From the NCBI GenBank assembly GCA_965217115.1, contig OZ244239.1:1938791-2002790 (forward strand): DNA of 64,000 bases, read 5' to 3'. The translations under genes were made by a program, and so were the position numbers. The notes beneath the pieces were generated by a model. It was not told where the DNA came from and made no database searches. It was given only the letters and a program-made list of their open reading frames with translations. Numbering within the stretch: position 1 is the first letter of the stretch; every line of letters starts with the position of its first letter. Origin of the DNA: Bdellovibrionales bacterium (GTDB taxonomy: Bacteria; Bdellovibrionota; Bdellovibrionia; Bdellovibrionales; CAYMLA01). Below, in pieces: positions 31,062 through 39,324 of the stretch.

Positions 31062-32138
31062 ATGGCAAAATGGAGAGAGGTGGCAAATATTTCAGGAGAT
31101 GTTGTGTTTTTTGATTATGTTACTAGTGGCAAGGGAAGAGGTGCAGAAGAGGTTTTTGTTTGGGATTTGGATAAAACATATTTAGACACTCGTTGGGGCT
31201 CATTAAAAGAGTTGTTAAGAACAGCGATGGAGCGAGCTTTTCAGAAGAAAAATATTCCAGGGACGAGTTCTCTCTTAAAAGCCTTAAGTCTAAGCTGGAT
31301 TGAAGCACGAGGAGTGGATTATTTCCCTATTTATTTTATTACAGCCTCTCCTCCTCAAATAGAAAAGAAAATTAATCAAAAATTAATTTTAGATGGCATA
31401 CAGCCTTTTGGATGTTTTTTTAAAGATAACCTACAGAATCTTCACCCGAAACGTATGTGGCGTTTAACGAATCAAGTTGGATATAAATTGCAAGCTCTAC
31501 TGCAATTACGCTGTGAATTGCGTGAGGACGTGAGACAGATATTTTGGGGAGATGACAGTGAATCGGATGCGATTATTTATAATCTGTATTCAGATATTTG
31601 TTCCAGACGACTCGATGACAAGGAGTTACGTTATATTTTAAAATCTTTACATGTGGTTGGTGAGCAGACGGAAAGTATTTTAAGATTACGTGAAAAAATC
31701 CCTAAACAGGACCCCGTGGACAAGATATATATTAATTTGGCGACAGATACGGACCCTGATTATTATTTAAAGTTTGGTCGCCGTACGCTTCCGACGACAA
31801 ACACTTTTCAAGCGGCGGTGGATTTATTTCAAGATGGTCGCTTAGGGGCTGAACAGGTTTTACATGTGGCTCAAGATATGAAGATGAATTATGGTTTTAC
31901 AAATGAGGAGATAGAGAGAAGCTTTGACGAGTTGGTACGTCGTCAGGTTTTGAGTCGTCCCAGTGCTGAGGGGTTGTTGCCTTATCTTCAGAAAGAAGGC
32001 TTTGTGCCTTTGGAGTATGAACACTCAGTTCAGCCTTTAGAAGTGCTGAAACAGGAAGGTGAAATGATCGTGGAGCTTGAAGGTGTTTTTGAACCGTGGG
32101 TTCCAGAGAGAATTGATTATTTGCATGATTATCGCTAA
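31062..32138 (+). CDS. HAD-superfamily phosphatase, App1/DUF2183-like
   Basis: 358 aa. Motif I VWDLDKTYLDT, motif II FITASP, and motif IV WGDDSESDAIIY. Confidence 0.6.
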   Translation: MAKWREVANISGDVVFFDYVTSGKGRGAEEVFVWDLDKTYLDTRWGSLKELLRTAMERAFQKKNIPGTSSLLKALSLSWIEARGVDYFPIYFITASPPQIEKKINQKLILDGIQPFGCFFKDNLQNLHPKRMWRLTNQVGYKLQALLQLRCELREDVRQIFWGDDSESDAIIYNLYSDICSRRLDDKELRYILKSLHVVGEQTESILRLREKIPKQDPVDKIYINLATDTDPDYYLKFGRRTLPTTNTFQAAVDLFQDGRLGAEQVLHVAQDMKMNYGFTNEEIERSFDELVRRQVLSRPSAEGLLPYLQKEGFVPLEYEHSVQPLEVLKQEGEMIVELEGVFEPWVPERIDYLHDYR

Positions 32139-32146
32139 GGAAGTGT

Positions 32147-32488
32147 TTGATGTGGTTATTTATTGGTAAGATATTGGTAGCAGCTATTTTAATCAGTACT
32201 GTGTCTTGGCTATCAGGGAAAAAGACAGCGTTAGCAGGTTTTTTGGCGGCACTGCCTTTAACGACTCTGATTGCTTTGGCTTTTTCTCACATTGAGTGGG
32301 GGAATCAGAGACAATCGGTGGAATTTGCTAAGAATATTTTTTTAGCAGTGCCTTTGTCACTGTTGTTTTTCCTTCCCTTTCTATTGGCTCAAAGATGGAA
32401 CCTTAGTTTCTGGACTTGTTATGGGAGTGGAGTTTTTCTATTGGGAATAGGGTACTGTGTCCACTCCCACTTAGCACGGTCACTGTAA
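32147..32488 (+). CDS. small integral membrane protein
   Basis: 113 aa with four predicted TM segments. Last gene of the plus-strand cluster. Confidence 0.5.
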   Translation: MMWLFIGKILVAAILISTVSWLSGKKTALAGFLAALPLTTLIALAFSHIEWGNQRQSVEFAKNIFLAVPLSLLFFLPFLLAQRWNLSFWTCYGSGVFLLGIGYCVHSHLARSL

Positions 32489-32530
32489 TTCCGTAGTCAG
32501 GGCATAGAATTTATAAGGTTTCCATATTGT

Positions 32531-32554
32531 GGTTCTTTGTGATAAATAGTGGAA
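32531..32554. repeat. 24-nt perfect direct repeat, copy 1 (GGTTCTTTGTGATAAATAGTGGAA)
   Basis: Identical to 33248-33271. Read directly. Confidence 0.9.
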
Positions 32555-32611
32555 TATAGTAATTCTAGCTACTTACCCTAAAGGTCGTTTTAAATAGCAA
32601 GCTCCTGAAAA

Positions 32612-32645
32612 CACAAAAATGGCCTCCAAGGTAGGAAGCCATTTT
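32612..32645 (-). terminator. rho-independent terminator of the 32685..33095 gene
   Basis: Stem AATGGCCTCC / GGAAGCCATT. It pairs fully with one G-U on the minus-strand transcript and is followed there by a T-run. Confidence 0.7.
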
Positions 32646-32684
32646 AAAACTCTGAGTTTTGTGATTTTTAATTCGTCTCAGAAA

Positions 32685-33095
32685 CTAGTGAAGAATGAAC
32701 CCGTTTTTATCGTAAACTTGGTTTCCATCTTGAAAGCCATCTATATTTTTATTTGTTAATAAATTAACTTTTCCAGAAATAGGCCACTCAAAATCATAAA
32801 ACGACCCATATTGCCAAGCCACAAAGAAATATTCTATCACAGTAAAGATTCCATCTGGACCACATGTGTCCATTTGTGCTATTCTTGATTTTTGTGCAAT
32901 TGGCTGAACTTTAGACATTCTTATCGCTTCGTTATAGCATTCTTCAACTGTATTAAGCTCTTTGACTAAAGTTCTCGCGGATGTCTTTTCGATACAGCCG
33001 TATTCAACACTAATTTTCTTGAATTCGAGAAAACACCGTGAAGCAAAAGATGAAGTCGATACTAACAACAATAAACTTAATAAAATAATTTTCAT
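32685..33095 (-). CDS. small secreted protein, unknown function
   Basis: 136 aa. Signal peptide MKIILLSLLLLVSTSSFA and four Cys. Has its own terminator. Confidence 0.6.
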   Translation of the reverse strand: MKIILLSLLLLVSTSSFASRCFLEFKKISVEYGCIEKTSARTLVKELNTVEECYNEAIRMSKVQPIAQKSRIAQMDTCGPDGIFTVIEYFFVAWQYGSFYDFEWPISGKVNLLTNKNIDGFQDGNQVYDKNGFILH

Positions 33096-33247
33096 TTCAA
33101 TCTCCCTGTAGTTTAGATACTATTGCTATTGCCATTACTATTCCAAGATCAGGTCGAAATTAACAAAGGTTGAGTGTTTTTCTCTGCTCAGAAAATAGAC
33201 AGGCCTTATAAGAGAGACAAAAATTGTCATAATTTTGTTTTTCTGAG

Positions 33248-33271
33248 GGTTCTTTGTGATAAATAGTGGAA
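33248..33271. repeat. 24-nt perfect direct repeat, copy 2
   Basis: Identical to 32531-32554. It lies about 40 nt upstream of structured element A. Confidence 0.9.
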
Positions 33272-33311
33272 CTGTTCCCAAGAGATCCATTGACCCATTG
33301 ATTGAATACGG

Positions 33312-33531
33312 CCTTTTTTTCTAGAGTCTCTCCCAAAAGAATCCAGTTCTTTTCGGCGAGTTTGGCTTGGCGACTTCCATTGCATTTCCCTGCAATGGAA
33401 GGTGACAAACGGATGTTTGAGCAAGAAAAGGGCTGGATTCTTTTGGGAGAGACTCTAGAAAAAAAACGACTCATTAGAAAAAAACTGCCTCCACCATTGT
33501 TTGTCATATGTTTGTCATAAAGAATCCAGAT
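33312..33531. repeat. structured palindromic element, copy A (candidate ncRNA or MITE-like element)
   Basis: Perfect 26-bp inverted arms at 33321-33346 / 33433-33458, extended by T7/A8. Internal hairpins at 33374-33401 and 33406-33419. Confidence 0.8.
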
Positions 33532-33551
33532 AGTTCAAGAAAACTATAAGA

Positions 33552-33766
33552 GCCTTCTCCCTAGAATATCTCCCAAAAGAATCCAGTTCTTTTCGGCGAG
33601 TTTGGCTTGGCGACTTCCATTGCATTTCTTTGCAATGGGAGGTGACAAACGAATGTTTGAGCAAGAAAAGGGCTGGATTCTTTTGGGAGAGACTCTAGAA
33701 AAAAAACAGCTCATCAGAAAAAAACTGCCTCCACTATTGTTTGCCTGTTTGCCATAAAGAATTTCC
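33552..33766. repeat. structured palindromic element, copy B
   Basis: Same element, offset by exactly 240 bp through the core. A few substitutions, mostly in loops or giving G-U. The outer left arm is slightly degenerate. Confidence 0.8.
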
Positions 33767-33956
33767 ATTATTCCTTGTAGATGCCTAATAATGGCAATCT
33801 GTGCAGAAGCTAGACAGGTCGAAACCCCTCAAATGCCGATAAATTGATATCTGAGCTATTTTCCTAGGGGCATAAAATGTGTATTTTATACCTCTTGAAC
33901 CCCTTGAAGTTAACGATATCAACCAAATTTAAGGGAAGATAGAGGCTATAGATACA

Positions 33957-34742
33957 ATGAAAACACTATTTTCTCAGTACATTCAAAAAGAGTTACTTGA
34001 ACGTTGTCAGAGAAACCCTGCCTATTCTCTGCGTTCGTTAGGTAAGAGTTTGAGTGTGCCTCCTTCTAGCCTTTCTGAGTGGATGAGTGGCAAGAGAGCA
34101 CCTAAGATGGAACATGCAGAGAGCATCCTAAAACTATTAGAGTGTCCCCAAGAAAAAGTAAAAGAAATTCTTTGGGAAATTAAAATTTCAGATATTTCCA
34201 AAGAGTTGATGATCAAGGAGAATATAGAAAAAATTGAAGCAGAATTTGATTCTTCTAGACTAGAGAAAGATATTTTTAAAATGATTTCTAACTGGTATTG
34301 CTATGCCATTGTGAACCTTGTTGAGTTAGAAAATTTTGAATATAGCGTTAAATTTATAGTAAAAACTTTAGGTATTACTGAAGAAGAAGCTCAAGATGCT
34401 TTGAAGGTATTGCTTAATACTGGAATATTGGTAGAGGAGTCAGGAACCCTAAAGGCTAGCGGAAATAATTTATCTACACAAACAGGTGTTCCCGATCAAT
34501 CAATTAGAGATTTTCACAGACAGATATTATCTCTGGCTCAGGGAGCGTTAGGTCATGTGCCAGTTCAAGATAGAGATTTTACCAATATAATGATGCCCAT
34601 TAATGTTAAAAGTATTAATCAAGTAAAAAAAGAAATTACGACCTTTCGGCGTAAAATTTGTAAATTACTTGAGAACGGAGAGAAGACAGAGGTTTATAAT
34701 CTGTCAATACAGTTATTTCCTGTGACGGGGAGGAGTTCATGA
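33957..34742 (+). CDS. TIGR02147-like protein (N-terminal HTH, Fibrobacter/Bdellovibrio paralogous family)
   Basis: 261 aa. N-terminal YSLRSLGKSLSVPPSSLSEWMSGKRAP HTH-like segment. Overall layout is similar to 62589..63389. Confidence 0.6.
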   Translation: MKTLFSQYIQKELLERCQRNPAYSLRSLGKSLSVPPSSLSEWMSGKRAPKMEHAESILKLLECPQEKVKEILWEIKISDISKELMIKENIEKIEAEFDSSRLEKDIFKMISNWYCYAIVNLVELENFEYSVKFIVKTLGITEEEAQDALKVLLNTGILVEESGTLKASGNNLSTQTGVPDQSIRDFHRQILSLAQGALGHVPVQDRDFTNIMMPINVKSINQVKKEITTFRRKICKLLENGEKTEVYNLSIQLFPVTGRSS

Positions 34743-36301
34743 AGAGTGTATTTGTCTCTATTATTGTGATGGTTTTTGTTAACAGTGGATCATTGGCTAC
34801 GGAATATGTGGGTTTTCCAGATAGCGTCAATCTTTTGAACGGGTTTTATTTTTTAGATACTTTTGATGAAAGCTCAGAAGTTGAAAGAAAATGGAGGTCG
34901 AGATTATTGGGTGAAGATATTGATGATTATAAAAAAATTATTGATGCAATTGGGGTAGAGCAAATGTTGGGTACAGAGACGGGTAATGGCGGAGATGAAA
35001 TACGTGATTTCTTTATTCATGAAGCCATTAAATTAATGGCAGTTTTGGAGAAGCGGCTTGTTTTTCGTTTGTACTATGGCCAATTTATTTGGCCTATGGA
35101 TTTTTCTAAGAAAATTAATATTAAAAATATAAAACTGGCCAGTGAGTCTCCTCTTATTGATAATGGTGGTTCTGTTGTGAGTGCACTTGTACTTGATACT
35201 AAAAAGCAAGAAGATTTACGGTCATTGAAAAAATACACTGATGTCTCAAGCCCTTATCTAGATAGATATCTTATCTTAGATTCAAATATTTGGCGGGGGA
35301 AAATTAAAACTTATGGTAAAAGTCCTTTTCCAACACAGAGGCTCATCATCCATGAAATTTTACGTCTCAATAATGTCAAAGATGATAATTACATTGTGAC
35401 TGAACAGATAATCAAGCAAATGAGAACAAATGTGTCAAAGTTGCCAAATCCCTCTTATAAGATGCACATCGATAATTGGTTAAATCATCCAGATTTTAAA
35501 ATGAGTAAGTTGTCTAAAGTTAACCCTCATTTAGCAAAAGAAGTTTCTGACGATTTAATTCAATTGGATTTGGCAAGCCGTTTCAAAGAGTTAGTTTTTT
35601 TCCACATTGATGAAGGAAAATTGCGGGAGTATCATTTTCAAGGGAAAGGTGATTTATTAGAGAGTTTCTCCCATTTAATTAGACGGGCACAGAATTCCAT
35701 AGATTCTATTGAAATCGTGGAAAATAATATCGATAGGTATCAATATTCTATTGAACAAAGACTTTATTCAGCGCATCTTTTCTCAGATAGGCTAAGAAAT
35801 AATAAAATAAAGTTATTGAAAACTGTTTCGTTCTTATTTGATCAGTATTGGGGGACATTTTTAAAAATTTTCGAAACGATGAATAGAGATTCTCTTTTGA
35901 CAAGAAAAGGTGTTTTGTTTTGTGAGAATCAATTCTCTGCAGGAGACACTCAAAGGGTTCGTGTTCAATCTACTGGAGTAGGAAGTGATATTTTGAGGGT
36001 GATACTTACTCAGAAAACACGAGATCCTGTTGCACAAGTGATTGGGGGCAATTTTAGATTTGATAGATCTAATGCTAAGAATAATATCTATGGGCTAGTG
36101 AATTTAACGGGAGAGAGTCAAAAATCTAGAAATGGGGTAGATATGATCCTTCGTCTTAATCAGGAACTTCTTAAGGAAAAAGACAAGGTTCCTGCTCACT
36201 TGGTTATTTATAATTTTTTAAACTATAAAGACAGCACTATTCCCTTATTTTGCACTAATAAATCAGAGGGAGTCGATGTGACTCGTTTTCATACAAAATA
36301 A
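34739..36301 (+). CDS. large secreted protein, unknown function
   Basis: 520 aa with a signal peptide. ATGA overlap with the upstream HTH gene. No recognised catalytic motif. Two IHE(A/I) segments are present but there is no HExxH. Confidence 0.55.
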   Translation: MKSVFVSIIVMVFVNSGSLATEYVGFPDSVNLLNGFYFLDTFDESSEVERKWRSRLLGEDIDDYKKIIDAIGVEQMLGTETGNGGDEIRDFFIHEAIKLMAVLEKRLVFRLYYGQFIWPMDFSKKINIKNIKLASESPLIDNGGSVVSALVLDTKKQEDLRSLKKYTDVSSPYLDRYLILDSNIWRGKIKTYGKSPFPTQRLIIHEILRLNNVKDDNYIVTEQIIKQMRTNVSKLPNPSYKMHIDNWLNHPDFKMSKLSKVNPHLAKEVSDDLIQLDLASRFKELVFFHIDEGKLREYHFQGKGDLLESFSHLIRRAQNSIDSIEIVENNIDRYQYSIEQRLYSAHLFSDRLRNNKIKLLKTVSFLFDQYWGTFLKIFETMNRDSLLTRKGVLFCENQFSAGDTQRVRVQSTGVGSDILRVILTQKTRDPVAQVIGGNFRFDRSNAKNNIYGLVNLTGESQKSRNGVDMILRLNQELLKEKDKVPAHLVIYNFLNYKDSTIPLFCTNKSEGVDVTRFHTK

Positions 36302-36303
36302 TG

Positions 36304-37110
36304 TTAAAACAAATTCAGAGGGTAGCTCACGTCAATAGCTTCTCCTGGAAAAGGTTTAATGCGGATGCGATTAAAAATAGTTTGTACGCATCTATGAAAG
36401 TCTTTTGCATTAATAAAACTACTATTGAGAATTTTAGTATTAGCTAAAACCCCTTTAGGCAGAGCGATGAAGTGAACTGTGATTTTTCCGCCATTTTTGA
36501 GGTTGGGGTATCTGCGTAGATAAGAGGCGTAACATCTCTGTATGTAGAGATATCCTTTTTGGTCCTTAATGGCTTGTTTTAGAGAATCATTGGTCAAAGG
36601 GGCTAAAAGGTTTGTGGGTTTTTTCTTGCGAGTCGAAATTATTTTTAGTTTAGAGATAGGAGTTGTCGAGAAATTTTCAGGGCTGTAGAGTTCTCCTTGA
36701 TACTCAATTTTAATAAATTTTGTACGCCCTTTTCTTAGAACTGTGAAATTTCCTGAAAATAATCGAATGAGAGTCACTTGTGATAGTGACGGATGACTTG
36801 GTAGTAATTGCAAGGCGCTGTTCTCTAAAAATTTTATTCTATAGCCGCTGGGAAAGCCAATAGTGATTGAACTCTTATTGGGAACGGTGATTTGATTCAT
36901 GGGAAATAAAGATCGCCTTGGGGAGGCTTCAAGAAATTTACCGTCTGCCCATATTTTCACTGGCCCTTGCACAGATTGAATTTGTCCAAGGGGAGAGATT
37001 GATTGGTTGGGTGGTGTATCTCTGCTGATAAATGATGTGAGTTGTCCTGAGAATAAGATCAGAGAAATACCGAGAATAAGCATGGCGGATAGCAAGATGA
37101 CTCGTGACAT
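36304..37110 (-). CDS. membrane-anchored protein, FecR-like middle region and TonB-C-like C-terminus (tentative)
   Basis: 268 aa with an N-terminal TM anchor. The domain assignment is weak. Confidence 0.4.
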   Translation of the reverse strand: MSRVILLSAMLILGISLILFSGQLTSFISRDTPPNQSISPLGQIQSVQGPVKIWADGKFLEASPRRSLFPMNQITVPNKSSITIGFPSGYRIKFLENSALQLLPSHPSLSQVTLIRLFSGNFTVLRKGRTKFIKIEYQGELYSPENFSTTPISKLKIISTRKKKPTNLLAPLTNDSLKQAIKDQKGYLYIQRCYASYLRRYPNLKNGGKITVHFIALPKGVLANTKILNSSFINAKDFHRCVQTIFNRIRIKPFPGEAIDVSYPLNLF

Positions 37111-37121
37111 TCTATTTGCTT

Positions 37122-37451
37122 TTATTTTGTGGTCTTTTCTTCAGGAAGATTTTTAGAAGTGTCTTTTGTTACGGGCGATTGAACTTTTACTGGGTTATAA
37201 CTATCCAAGACACTGGAGTTTTGTTTTGAGCTGTAATAGGCAAGGAAAATACTCGTTCCAGCAAAAATGATTGCAATGATACGAGTTGCTTTAACGAGTA
37301 TGCCGCTAGCTCCAGAGGCTCCGAGTAGGCTGCTAGAGCTGCCACCACCTGTGAGTCCACCCATACCGTCATTTTTAGGGTCTTGAATAAGAACGAGAAG
37401 AATTAAAAGAACGGCGATAACAATATGAATGGTTGTAAAAAGTGTTAGCAT
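37122..37451 (-). CDS. secG: preprotein translocase subunit SecG
   Basis: MLTLFTTIHIVIAVLLILLVLIQ...GGLTGGGSSS... is typical of SecG. ATG at 37451 lies 8 nt after GGAGG. The longer TTG start at 37466 would include the RBS. Confidence 0.85.
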   Translation of the reverse strand: MLTLFTTIHIVIAVLLILLVLIQDPKNDGMGGLTGGGSSSSLLGASGASGILVKATRIIAIIFAGTSIFLAYYSSKQNSSVLDSYNPVKVQSPVTKDTSKNLPEEKTTK

Positions 37452-37680
37452 TTGTGTTTCCTCCAAAACGGGGAGTATAGGGGGTTAGCTACTGAGTTGT
37501 CCACAAGAATTTAGGAAATTCTACTAAATATGTTTATAATCCTCTCTGGTGAATTACATTGAAAACCCAGTATGGCGAGGCGTGTCTAAGTTCTTTGCTC
37601 TCTTCTGGTTTGATGTGTGGTGGCTATATATGCTAATTGTTTGTAAAAAATAAACGTCTGTTTTTGGAGTTACAGTAGAG

Positions 37681-38304
37681 ATGCCTTTTGTTGTGTTTGA
37701 AGGATTAGATGGTTGTGGTAAATCGACTTTGCTAAAGAAGTTGCAGGTTTTTTTAGAGAGTAATTCACAGAAAGTCACTGTTAGTCGTGAGCCTGGGGGG
37801 ACAGAGTTAGGTCGTACGATTCGTCAGCTTTTATTAAGCCATTCTCTTGATCCACCTGTGGCCAAGGCAGAGGTGTTGCTCTATCTTGCCGACCGCGCTC
37901 AACATGTAGAGACGTTGATTCGTCCTTCTTTGACTCAAGGACATTGGGTTTTGTCTGATCGTTTTAAAGGGAGCACCGTTGCTTTCCAGGAAGGGGGGCG
38001 GAGTTTGCAGTCAGAGCAGATTCGTCAACTTAATGATTTTGCTGTTTCTGGGTGCGATGCTGATTTGACTGTGTTGTTGGATTTATCTGTTGAGGAGAGT
38101 CAATCGAGAATTAATCAAAGGGGTGGGGAGCAGGATCGTTTGGAATCAGAAAGCCTAGAGTTTCACCAGAGGGTTCGTCAGAGCTTTCTGCGTCAAGCCA
38201 AGGAAGAGAAAAACTGGTTAGTACTCGATGCTGTGTGCACGCCAGATGAATTATTTACGAATTTAAAAAGTGAGTTTAAGAGGAGAGGATGGGACGAATT
38301 TTAG
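37681..38304 (+). CDS. tmk: thymidylate kinase
   Basis: FVVFEGLDGCGKST P-loop and DRF...S motif. Confidence 0.9.
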   Translation: MPFVVFEGLDGCGKSTLLKKLQVFLESNSQKVTVSREPGGTELGRTIRQLLLSHSLDPPVAKAEVLLYLADRAQHVETLIRPSLTQGHWVLSDRFKGSTVAFQEGGRSLQSEQIRQLNDFAVSGCDADLTVLLDLSVEESQSRINQRGGEQDRLESESLEFHQRVRQSFLRQAKEEKNWLVLDAVCTPDELFTNLKSEFKRRGWDEF

Positions 38305-39278
38305 ACAGTGTTTTAGGACACGAAGGTCAAATCAGCTCTCTTTTGCAAGTGATTGAGGCGGGGCGATTGCCTTCGACATTGCTTTTTTGTGGGTTAGAGG
38401 GAGTTGGCAAGAAAAAGGTGGCCTTGGCAATGGCGCAGATCCTGGTTTGCGAAAAGAGAGAGGGCTGTGGAGAGTGTCCTCCCTGTGTGCGTCTTGATAA
38501 TGGTCAGAGCGAATCGTTGCTGCTGATCTCTCAGGAGAAGAGAGGTTCTTTGATTAAGGCGGAGGAAAGCCGTCAGGTTTTGAAGTTTCTTCGCTTAAAA
38601 ATGGATGGGGGCTGTTCTCGGGTGATTGTCATTGATGGTGCAGATCGATTGAACCCCCATGCAGCCAATATTTTGCTTAAGACTTTGGAGGAGCCTCCTG
38701 AGAGGACCTACTTTATATTGATTGCCAGTGGCTTGGGAGCTGTCTTGCCGACGATCCGTTCCCGTTCACAGGTGATCCGTTTCTCTCCTTTATCTAATGG
38801 GATATTAAAAAAATACGTTCATTCAAAAGGGGGGGGGCCAGAAGACGGAGTTATTGCAGACTGGATTATTGATGCCAGTGGTGGCTCTCTGGGAAAATTA
38901 GAGAGAATGGGGGATGGTTCATGGGGAGAGGTAAGACAAGCGGCCATGAATTTTATGAGTGGGGCTTTGAATGGGAATATGGATTATTTTCACTCTCTGA
39001 AGGGTCTAGTTAGAGATAGGGAAGAGGCACTTTTTATGAGTCGCTGGTTACAGACTGTCTTGCGTGATGGACTTTGGGCAAAGACCCATAGTGAGGGCTG
39101 GCTAAATGGTGATTGTCAGGGTATGGTGGATTATCTTGCACAAATGAGGGCGAGGAGTTTACTTGAGATGGCTGATGGGGCCAAGGGTGTGGAGATTGGG
39201 ATCCAAGCAAATTTTGATAGAACTCTTTTGTTTGAAGATCTTTGGTATAAGTATCGTGATGTTATGAATTTGTCGTGA
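38289..39278 (+). CDS. holB: DNA polymerase III delta-prime subunit
   Basis: 329 aa. LLFCGLEGVGKKK, zinc module CGECPPC, and SRSQ sensor motif. Canonical tmk-holB order. Confidence 0.8.
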   Translation: MGRILDSVLGHEGQISSLLQVIEAGRLPSTLLFCGLEGVGKKKVALAMAQILVCEKREGCGECPPCVRLDNGQSESLLLISQEKRGSLIKAEESRQVLKFLRLKMDGGCSRVIVIDGADRLNPHAANILLKTLEEPPERTYFILIASGLGAVLPTIRSRSQVIRFSPLSNGILKKYVHSKGGGPEDGVIADWIIDASGGSLGKLERMGDGSWGEVRQAAMNFMSGALNGNMDYFHSLKGLVRDREEALFMSRWLQTVLRDGLWAKTHSEGWLNGDCQGMVDYLAQMRARSLLEMADGAKGVEIGIQANFDRTLLFEDLWYKYRDVMNLS

Positions 39279-39324
39279 CTTAGATTTTATTAATGAATAG
39301 CTACGTTGGTTAAAGGAAGTAATT

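Noticed and set aside
33312-33766. Possible CRISPR array, integron attC sites or retron msr/msd
   Set aside because: There are only two units, with a 240-bp period and no unique spacers. There are no GTTRRRY/RYYYAAC attC core sites. No cas, intI or reverse transcriptase gene occurs in the window.
33160-33768. ORF-track ORFs 33160..33507 (-), 33302..33520 (+) and 33544..33768 (-) inside the structured repeat
   Set aside because: They arise from the palindromic arms; the same RVSPKRIQ peptide appears on both strands. They are low-complexity and lack a well-spaced RBS. Between the two copies, three of the four core nucleotide changes are non-synonymous in the minus-strand frame. The structural (loop/G-U) explanation fits better than coding.
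33150-33824. 10-nt match CAGGTCGAAA at 33150-33159 and 33815-33824 flanking the structured elements
   Set aside because: A 10-mer match within about 1 kb is near chance expectation. It is not extended by flanking identity.
37554-37778. 74-aa minus-strand ORF spanning the secG-tmk intergenic region
   Set aside because: It overlaps the well-supported tmk start and P-loop region in antisense. It has no RBS or motif.
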